Shown here piece after piece: positions 32,741 to 39,563 of a DNA stretch of 39,563 nt. Below the pieces are notes generated by a model. The model was not told the origin of the DNA. It saw only the letters and a program-made list of their open reading frames with translations, and made no database searches. Position 1 is the stretch's first letter; each line of letters begins with the position of its first letter. The stretch lies in NCBI GenBank assembly GCA_964367355.1, contig CAYIWY010000002.1, positions 137,296 through 176,858 of the forward strand, read 5' to 3'. This DNA is from an uncultured Gammaproteobacteria bacterium (GTDB lineage: Bacteria; Patescibacteriota; Microgenomatia; Woykebacterales; RBG-16-39-9b). A program made the position numbers and the translations under genes.

Positions 32741-34933
32741 CTAACCAGTCCAGTTAAAGAACAGCATTGAAGCGTCGAAGATATCAACCCTTCCGTCGTG
32801 ATTGAGATCATAGGCCGGAGTAGTGGTGCTGTTCCAGTTGAAGAAAAGAATGGAGGCATCAAAGATATTTACAGATCCATCACCATTTATATCCCCAACT
32901 TTTGTGCTAACAGTGCTAGTAACCGTGACATTACTAAACTGCGCACTGCTGGAAAGCGTATTGTTGTGTGAAGTTACTGCCAGACCAACAGTTACGCTTG
33001 CTGTCATTGGTAAGCTGAAGGTAGTGCCAACCTGAGTAAAGCTCACCCCATCACTGGATTTAAAGGCACTGATATTGTTACCGGTTCTTTGCAGTTTAAG
33101 CCAGACGGGGTAAGTGAAAGCTCCGCCATTAAAGTATGTACCTACCCCGTTAGTAGCCGAGCGGTACTGTAGATCAAGACCACTTCCGGTTGTGGTGGTG
33201 AGCAAAACATTGATTGAACCCGCAGCGGTAGTTTCCCGAATCATAACACCTGCCTTGGCCCAAGGATCGGTGTTGGTTTGAGAATTAACTTTAGCAACAA
33301 TTGTGCCGTCTCCATTTAAGGGTTGGTAAACATAACGGAAAGCATCGGCAGCGTTCCAAATATCATCTCCGGAACCACTGATAGTAAATGTTCCGGTAGT
33401 GCTGCTGTAAATGGCCGAACCGCCAATCCCAACTGCACCAATATCCGCACTCACCCAAGGAGCTGGTGGAGCCTGAGCATTAAGATCTACAATTACGGTA
33501 ATGGTTTGTAGGCTAGAAGCTTGGTTGATAGTGTCATAGGCTTTAGCCGAGATAGTGTGGGATCCAGTTAGTCCGGTTGTACTCCAGGGATAAGAATAGG
33601 GTGAGGTTGTATCGGCTGGAGATTTAAGCGCGCCATCAACATAGAATTCAACCTTGCTGATACCGGTGTCGTCAGTTGCATTAGCCGTAATATTTACGCT
33701 TGAAGTATTGACCAAAGCTCCGTTAGCTGGACTAGTAATACTAACTGTTGGTGGGTTATCGACTGCAGTCCCAAAATCAGGAGCCCAAGCTACTCTGGGT
33801 GTTCCCCCACCAGCTCCTTGGGTACCGGCAGAAGTTTTCACGGTATTGTAATTATTCAGATTCCAATTGGTAACAACATTTAGTCTAGAAATGAAACTAA
33901 ATAGCTCGGGTTCGAGCGGATTATCACCAAACCCATATCCGTAGCGTGACCGCAAAACATCATCCCCATTATTTTCTACATTAAAAGTGAATGGGTCCCA
34001 GCAAGGATTAGTATCAACGATATATACACCGTAGTCTTGCATAGCATGGCCAATTCTTTTACCAAAAGGGGTTGTAGCTAAACTATCTACATTAACACTC
34101 GGTGGTAAAGCAACCAGAGCCCCCATGACGGCAGCTGGAGTTGAACCGCTATAAGAAAAACAATCACTACCGTTCCAACCACTGTCGGCTCTGACGGCAG
34201 GCCATTTAAAACCAGTCGTAGATTTCGACAAAACAGCAGTTGGCACAGTTAGTTTTAGGGCGTGTCTAATCGGTTCGTCATTTTGAATCTCCCAATGTCG
34301 AATCGAACCTCCGACGGCTGAAAGTCCTGAACCTCCATGACCCCCACCCTGACCACCAACTATTCCTGAACCGTAGATATCATGAGTTCCCAATTGCCCA
34401 TAACCCCAATATAGCGGTCCGGTGCCAGCACACCTGGCAATCCAAATACCCTCTTGGATCGTTCGACCATCAGAATTTAAGGCCCCACCGGTATTGTTTG
34501 GTAAAAAGCTACCGGATGTTAAAGGAGTTGTCAGACCATCTGGTACGTGAAAACTACCAAAATCTGTACCGCCTAAACAGGTAGCGTTCCATTGGCCTGT
34601 TCGCATATAGGTCGGCCTCAAGGGGCTGGCCGGGTCAATCATTATCATTTCATCTTCGGTATTTACTCCATTCCCAGTAGAGGCTGGGAAATTCGCAGGA
34701 CTATACGTTGCACTAGCACCGATTGGCAAATTCCAGATTCCGCTTTTGTCAAAAGGCCACTTGCCAACTTCACGACCAGCTGCATTTACCGATGGTTTTT
34801 TAGCTACCTCTTCACTTTTTTGAACCAGATAAACAGTTAGAGGAATCGCAAGTAATATTAATGTAGAGGCTGAAATAATAAGAAGATTATTTACTGAGTT
34901 TTTTTGGACAATTTGAGCCAGGTGTTTTTTCAT
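32741..34933 (-). CDS. Dockerin-bearing exported protein (unknown globular domain, Ig, lectin-like beta-sandwich)
   Basis: N-terminal TM, Gly/Trp-rich domain, Ig (PPTVSITSP...KVEFYVDG), W.KAGVMIRE sandwich, dockerin GDINGDGSVNIFD...DLNHDGRVDIFD. Confidence 0.85.
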   Translation of the reverse strand: MKKHLAQIVQKNSVNNLLIISASTLILLAIPLTVYLVQKSEEVAKKPSVNAAGREVGKWPFDKSGIWNLPIGASATYSPANFPASTGNGVNTEDEMIMIDPASPLRPTYMRTGQWNATCLGGTDFGSFHVPDGLTTPLTSGSFLPNNTGGALNSDGRTIQEGIWIARCAGTGPLYWGYGQLGTHDIYGSGIVGGQGGGHGGSGLSAVGGSIRHWEIQNDEPIRHALKLTVPTAVLSKSTTGFKWPAVRADSGWNGSDCFSYSGSTPAAVMGALVALPPSVNVDSLATTPFGKRIGHAMQDYGVYIVDTNPCWDPFTFNVENNGDDVLRSRYGYGFGDNPLEPELFSFISRLNVVTNWNLNNYNTVKTSAGTQGAGGGTPRVAWAPDFGTAVDNPPTVSITSPANGALVNTSSVNITANATDDTGISKVEFYVDGALKSPADTTSPYSYPWSTTGLTGSHTISAKAYDTINQASSLQTITVIVDLNAQAPPAPWVSADIGAVGIGGSAIYSSTTGTFTISGSGDDIWNAADAFRYVYQPLNGDGTIVAKVNSQTNTDPWAKAGVMIRETTAAGSINVLLTTTTGSGLDLQYRSATNGVGTYFNGGAFTYPVWLKLQRTGNNISAFKSSDGVSFTQVGTTFSLPMTASVTVGLAVTSHNNTLSSSAQFSNVTVTSTVSTKVGDINGDGSVNIFDASILFFNWNSTTTPAYDLNHDGRVDIFDASMLFFNWTG

Positions 34934-34947
34934 TGGTTGGCGTTGTA

Positions 34948-36510
34948 TCAACCAGTCCAGTTAAAAAATAGCATTGAGGCATCAAAGATATCAACTCTTC
35001 CGTTGTGGTTGAGATCGTAGGCCGGTGTGGTTGTACTATCCCAGTTGAAGAAAAGCATTGACGCATCAAAGATATTCACTCTTCCATCCCCATTTAAATC
35101 ACCCACTCTCGGTGGAGCTGGAGTCGTGGCCGGCACTGAAGTCGAATCAATAGAATTACCAATTGTATCTTTTGCCCGGATAAAGTAGGTGTAGGTAGTT
35201 GAGGGAACCAAACCAGTATCAGAAAAACTGGTGGTCGTTAGTGAAGTAGAATTTACCTTAGTTGCGTTGCGATAAATATCATAAGTCACACTGCTTAAGT
35301 TATCCGTACTCGCAGTCCAAGAAAGGTTTATTTGGGTATCGCTAATAACGCTCGGCGTTAAAATTGGTTTGGAAGGTGCTTGATTGTCAACGGTAAAGGA
35401 AATGATCTGAGTACCAATATTACCCGCCGCATCATAGGCTTTAACAGTTAACTGGTGGACAGCATTTGTCAGGGTTGTAGTATTCAAATTAGTTGAGTAA
35501 GGAGAAGTTGTGTCAGCAACCGGAGCATTTGTATCGACAATAAACTCCACTGTTGTAACCGCATTATTATCAGTTGCGGTTGCCGTTAAATTAAAGGAAC
35601 CATTGATTACTTGTGCATTAGAAGGGCTTGTAATCACCGGCACCGGTTGCAGATTATCAACCTTGACTGTAACCGTTGATGCCGGGTTCGAAACTCCGCC
35701 TGACCCATCGACCGCTTTAGCAGTTATCGTATGGTTAGCGTTTGTTTCCAAAGTTGTATCCCAGTTAAATTGATAGGTACTAGTTCCAGGATTTGGAACA
35801 GTTACGGATTGTTTCGGAGTTAAACTACTATCGATGTAAAAATCAACTCGACTAACGCTGATGTTGTCAGTAGCATCAGCCTTTACAGTTACATTCCCAC
35901 GAAGTGCGGCAGCGGCAATCGGCGAAGTGATACTTATTGTAGGCAAAGGGTCAACAATTGTAATTGTTGCTCCGGTAGTTGTCCCTAAAATATCAACCCC
36001 ATCGGAAGGTCTAATTACATAGGTACCATCGGCTACTCCAGTAACAAAATTAATCGGGGTTGCTCCGGGCGCAACCTTTGCTTTGAAGGTTACTTTAGCG
36101 ACAAGCTGATCTCCCGTAACTGTAGGGTTTACTGTAGGGTTTGTTAAACCAAAAGTTTTGACAACACCACCTGCTCCAACATCACGTGTTGGATCGCCAT
36201 TGGGGAAAGCGCTCCCAGTTTTGTCTAAGCTAATAAAATCAAACTTAGTGGCGTCATACGTAAGTTTTATCTGGACAGCATTAACTAATTCCGTACCGCT
36301 ATTTTCTCGTATATCAAAAGTAATATTACTGTTGACAGTCACATTACCCGTTGCTGGAACCAAACGGATAGTACCCGTACCCGCCGCATTTCCGCGCTCA
36401 TCCCTCTGATTAATAACAGTAATAACCGTCAAGGGAAGTGCCAACAACAGAAATGCAACTACAAAAACAGTAATTGAATCTTTTGTATTAAATTTAATTG
36501 GCAGTTTCAT
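34948..36510 (-). CDS. Cohesin + 2 Ig + FN3 + dockerin protein (adaptor scaffoldin-like)
   Basis: N-terminal TM, cohesin-like domain (VNAVQIKLTYD...VAKVTFK) similar to the one in 31421-32683, C-terminal dockerin. Confidence 0.85.
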   Translation of the reverse strand: MKLPIKFNTKDSITVFVVAFLLLALPLTVITVINQRDERGNAAGTGTIRLVPATGNVTVNSNITFDIRENSGTELVNAVQIKLTYDATKFDFISLDKTGSAFPNGDPTRDVGAGGVVKTFGLTNPTVNPTVTGDQLVAKVTFKAKVAPGATPINFVTGVADGTYVIRPSDGVDILGTTTGATITIVDPLPTISITSPIAAAALRGNVTVKADATDNISVSRVDFYIDSSLTPKQSVTVPNPGTSTYQFNWDTTLETNANHTITAKAVDGSGGVSNPASTVTVKVDNLQPVPVITSPSNAQVINGSFNLTATATDNNAVTTVEFIVDTNAPVADTTSPYSTNLNTTTLTNAVHQLTVKAYDAAGNIGTQIISFTVDNQAPSKPILTPSVISDTQINLSWTASTDNLSSVTYDIYRNATKVNSTSLTTTSFSDTGLVPSTTYTYFIRAKDTIGNSIDSTSVPATTPAPPRVGDLNGDGRVNIFDASMLFFNWDSTTTPAYDLNHNGRVDIFDASMLFFNWTG

Positions 36511-36609
36511 TTATTTACTTATATCAAAATTGTATATCACAAAAAATAAAAGATCAAATATGGATTAGTCCCAGGTTTTAATAATTGTTTGAAAAGGCTT
36601 GGAACAGTA

Positions 36610-38859
36610 TCAACCAGTCCAGTTAAAGAACAGCATTGAGGCGTCAAAGATATCAACTCTTCCGTTGTGGCTGAGATCGTAGGCCGGTGTGGTTGTACTA
36701 TCCCAGTTGAAGAAAAGAATGGAGGCATCAAAGATATTTACTTTTCCATCGCTATTTAAATCCCCAGGTATGCCGTTTGCTTTTAGTTTAAGCGAGATTG
36801 CACTTAAGGACCAAGCCTCCCACTTGGTATTCCATAACATGGTGGTCGAAACTGATCCGGATTTATAACTCCCAGCTCCTTTAGTATCGCCACCGGAATA
36901 CAGATTCCAAATTTGTGTTTGGCCTAAACCAGCACTAACCGCATCTGAAAAAAGGTTTGGCGTTGACAAAACATCCTGCACTATCGCCGTAGTTGAACTG
37001 GGAATAGTAACAGCCGGGTTTGCACTGAAACCAATCGCTCCTTGGTAACTAATATTCGCTTGATCAACCCCGTACCAACCCACTGCACTCGCCACAGATC
37101 CACCAGGAATCCCTGTCAAAGTAACCACAATTTGTTTACGTCCTGAGGAAGGCGCCGAAAATTTCCAAAATTCCGTCCGTGCTGCACCTTGGTCAGAAGA
37201 ACCAACTAGAGTTAAGGGTAACCCATCGTATGTAACGCCTTGAGCAGAAACTGAACCTGCTTTTCGAATACTTAAAGCAACGATTAACATTCTATCTGTA
37301 CCTAAACCAGTTGTGTGAGACCAACTGTAACTTGCCAGAGCATTTCCAATTTTACTGGAAGTGTAGTCCAATTCTGGTCTGGACAAAGCTGGTGCAGTTA
37401 AATTATTTGTCGCAGTCGATAAAGGACTAGAGTCAGCCGAAGTATTATCAATAGAATCTGAGGCAGAAACCGTATAAGAATAATTGGTATTGGGTAAAAC
37501 AGAAAAATCTGTAAGCGTTGTAGTATTTACTCGAGCAATTTCCACGCCGTTTCTTTTCACTACATAATAATCAACCACAGCTCCAGTCGAAAGACTCCAA
37601 GTTAAGGTTAGCTTATTTGAGTAAATATCTGATGCGGTTAAACCTGTTGGAACGGACGGTGGTATTACATCATAAAGAAGTTGCTCGCCACTATTTAACG
37701 CGCTATCCCAATCTCCAATAAAATCCCACCAGTTACTCGCTCCGGGAACAGTGTTATTTTTCCCCGGCATATTTTGCCAGCGCCAAGTGTGATACTTAGT
37801 TTCATTACACAACCAAGTGTTACAGTTTATATAGGTTTTTTGTCCCGACCCATCTGGTCTCCAATCTTCACAGTCTGTCCAAGCATACCTTGTATCATAG
37901 TAATCGTAGAGATCACTAACCATAGCTGGTGTTTTCATTGTATTTGGCGGTTCGTGTGTCCAACCGCAGCGATGAAAACTGCTACCAGAACCGTCGTTGC
38001 TATAGTATGTCGTCCAAGGACCAATATAGTTATTTTGCATCATATTGTTGTCAACATGTTCAAGCATAATTTCTATTTGATGGCCGTGGTCGTGCACTGC
38101 CTCGTTCGTACCTCGGCCATAGTTATAGTTGTAAAGAACATATGATTTTGAACAAACTGGCATATTTAACGCGCCACCACCGCTGTTACTAGTGTCGCCA
38201 TGCGGGCCAGACATAACCGATTCTGCCGGCTCAATATTGCCGTAATGCCAACCGTATAACCACACTTCTCTAAGGCCTTGATTGTTGACATAGTTGCAAA
38301 TATTTAGATCAGTGAGAATCTTTCCGTAATCAGGTCGGTAAACCCCTTGTCCTGGTTTCCAAGGAACTTCAATACCGATTGGCAAAGCTGTAAGATATTC
38401 CTTCTGATCAATTATGGAATAATTTAAAGCCGGAGTTGCAGTCGGATCTTTGTACCCGTGATAAATACTTCCAGCTTGCAGGGCGTCTTTTGTTTCACTG
38501 GTTATTTGATCCACATGTGAGCGAATATTACTTAAAGTAACGTTTATACCCGTAATATTTGAATCTAAATTCACACCGTCTTGAGTTGGAAAATATTTTA
38601 AAACTAAAACCGGCATCGCGTAGCTGGTATTTTTATTTACCGGCGTCGCGGCTTTACTTCGATCGTCTCTACTGTTAAGGGCTACAAGTACTGTCAGAGG
38701 AATTGACAAAAGAATAAAAAGTGTTGAAAAAATTACTGTCAAATCCTTCGGCTCATATGGTGGTGTTAGCGATTTCCAATAGCTTCTTGCAGCTTTTTTT
38801 AATTTATGGTGCGGTTTTACTGGAGATAAATTTTGTTCAAAAAGATCGGCAGCGTTCAT
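36610..38859 (-). CDS. Dockerin-bearing exported protein with a putative metallopeptidase-like domain
   Basis: N-terminal TM, HDHGHQIE motif and CGWTH, FN3, beta-sandwich, C-terminal dockerin. Confidence 0.8.
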   Translation of the reverse strand: MNAADLFEQNLSPVKPHHKLKKAARSYWKSLTPPYEPKDLTVIFSTLFILLSIPLTVLVALNSRDDRSKAATPVNKNTSYAMPVLVLKYFPTQDGVNLDSNITGINVTLSNIRSHVDQITSETKDALQAGSIYHGYKDPTATPALNYSIIDQKEYLTALPIGIEVPWKPGQGVYRPDYGKILTDLNICNYVNNQGLREVWLYGWHYGNIEPAESVMSGPHGDTSNSGGGALNMPVCSKSYVLYNYNYGRGTNEAVHDHGHQIEIMLEHVDNNMMQNNYIGPWTTYYSNDGSGSSFHRCGWTHEPPNTMKTPAMVSDLYDYYDTRYAWTDCEDWRPDGSGQKTYINCNTWLCNETKYHTWRWQNMPGKNNTVPGASNWWDFIGDWDSALNSGEQLLYDVIPPSVPTGLTASDIYSNKLTLTWSLSTGAVVDYYVVKRNGVEIARVNTTTLTDFSVLPNTNYSYTVSASDSIDNTSADSSPLSTATNNLTAPALSRPELDYTSSKIGNALASYSWSHTTGLGTDRMLIVALSIRKAGSVSAQGVTYDGLPLTLVGSSDQGAARTEFWKFSAPSSGRKQIVVTLTGIPGGSVASAVGWYGVDQANISYQGAIGFSANPAVTIPSSTTAIVQDVLSTPNLFSDAVSAGLGQTQIWNLYSGGDTKGAGSYKSGSVSTTMLWNTKWEAWSLSAISLKLKANGIPGDLNSDGKVNIFDASILFFNWDSTTTPAYDLSHNGRVDIFDASMLFFNWTG

Positions 38860-38924
38860 ACGGTAATTTAATTATCGTTTAACCACGAAAAACTGTCAAA
38901 TAATATAGTTGAGGTAAAAGTTTC

Positions 38925-38999
38925 TGGAGCTGGCGGAGGGATTCGAACCCACGACCTACTGTTTACAAAACAGTTGCTCTACCACTGAGCTACGCCAGC
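38925..38999 (-). tRNA. tRNA-Thr(TGT)
   Basis: Cloverleaf GCTGGCG...TGT anticodon...GTTCGAATC...CGCCAGCTCCA. Confidence 0.97.
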
Positions 39000-39060
39000 A
39001 AAAACGCAGAACGCGTCAGCGATCTTAGATTTCTTAATCGCAGAGCGCTTTTAGCGATCC

Positions 39061-39185
39061 ACAAAACAGTTGCTCTACTTTTGCGAAGCAAATGCAAGCC
39101 TTGCTTACCGCTGAGCTATCTCGGCATTTACTGTGCGAAGCGGAAGGACAAGTTGAAAACTAGCCTACCGCTGAGCTATCTCGGC
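39061..39185 (-). pseudogene. tRNA-Thr-like 5' fragments, one interrupted by a mini-hairpin
   Basis: GCCGAGATAGCTCAGCGGTA occurs twice (39106-39125, 39166-39185). GTAGAGCAACTGTTTTGT (39061-39078) is identical to the intact tRNA-Thr. Confidence 0.75.
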
Positions 39186-39186
39186 C

Positions 39187-39273
39187 TGGTGCCGGGTGAA
39201 GGATTCGAACCTACGAAGACGTAAAGTCGCCTGATTTACAGTCAGGTGCGTTTGGCCACTTCGCTAACCCGGC
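39187..39273 (-). tRNA. tRNA-Tyr(GTA)
   Basis: CCTGA-CTGTAAA-TCAGG anticodon arm, long variable arm, encoded CCA. Confidence 0.97.
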
Positions 39274-39350
39274 AAGTTTGCTAATAAATTATAAAGTACT
39301 TCTACTATTTTGGTCTTAAACGCACCTTGCATTTGCTTCGCAAAAGTTAT

Positions 39351-39378
39351 GTGCGTTTGGCCACTTCGCTAACCCGGC
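39351..39378 (-). pseudogene. Exact duplicate of the first 28 nt of tRNA-Tyr
   Basis: Identical to 39246-39273; adjacent to the mini-hairpin at 39330-39347. Confidence 0.85.
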
Positions 39379-39379
39379 A

Positions 39380-39453
39380 TGGCAGGGGTGGTCGGAATCG
39401 AACCGACAGTCTGGGTTTTGGAGACCCATGGTTTACCATTAACCGACACCCCT
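39380..39453 (-). tRNA. tRNA-Trp(CCA)
   Basis: TGGGT-CTCCAAA-ACCCA anticodon arm, encoded CCA. Confidence 0.97.
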
Positions 39454-39563
39454 AAGAACAGAACAGATTTTACCTTAAAGTTGAGGTTAATTCAACTTAA
39501 GAATACAAAGAAGCTTGCCAAGCCAAGTTTCTTTTGATAAAATTCCCAAGTTAATTTTAATTT

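Noticed and set aside
32741-36770. Diversity-generating retroelement TR/VR pair in the dockerin repeats
   Set aside because: All copies are coding, differences are mostly synonymous and not adenine-restricted, and no reverse transcriptase is in the window.
241-38145. Many 60-125 aa ORFs antisense to or nested in core genes (e.g. 241-432, 5645-6022, 9288-9596, 14658-14936, 37774-38145)
   Set aside because: These are shadow ORFs of well-supported genes, with no RBS or recognisable motifs.
39061-39378. Split, permuted or intron-containing functional tRNAs
   Set aside because: Only 5' fragments are present, with no matching orphan 3' halves, and intact Thr and Tyr genes are adjacent.
1-39563. 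Alternative genetic code (UGA recoding)
   Set aside because: Core genes are intact under code 11 and several end in TGA (e.g. mrdA, dprA, the site-2 protease).

Overview
Chromosomal segment of a small-genome bacterium, most likely Patescibacteria/CPR of the Microgenomates type. This assignment is inferred from the short EF-Ts, pruned operons and short palindromic repeats; the genetic code is standard. Core genes are mostly on the minus strand: proS (partial), rseP, frr, tsf, rpsB, tmk, thyA, dcd, topA, dprA, guaA (frameshifted), mrdA-mreD-mreC-mreB, an O-antigen ligase-like gene, a def-fmt fusion, rpmB, a site-2 protease and tRNA-Trp/Tyr/Thr. About nine self-contained orphan-gene units (promoter, strong SD, ORF, similar terminator) are interspersed among them. 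Highlights: (1) a four-gene cohesin-dockerin surface cluster with three near-identical dockerins; (2) a dTTP cluster with two abutting dCTP deaminase paralogues that lack complementary active-site motifs, plus an MtrA-like/ThyA/DUF4346-like fusion that shares a basic C-terminal tail with Dcd; (3) a tiny ACTTTTGC-N3-4-GCAAATG hairpin found next to duplicated ends of frr and tRNA genes; (4) a tandem array of four divergent Zn-ribbon microproteins; (5) a 135-bp IS200/IS605-like miniature inserted in frame in a gene. Domain calls come from reading motifs by eye; no database searches were run.
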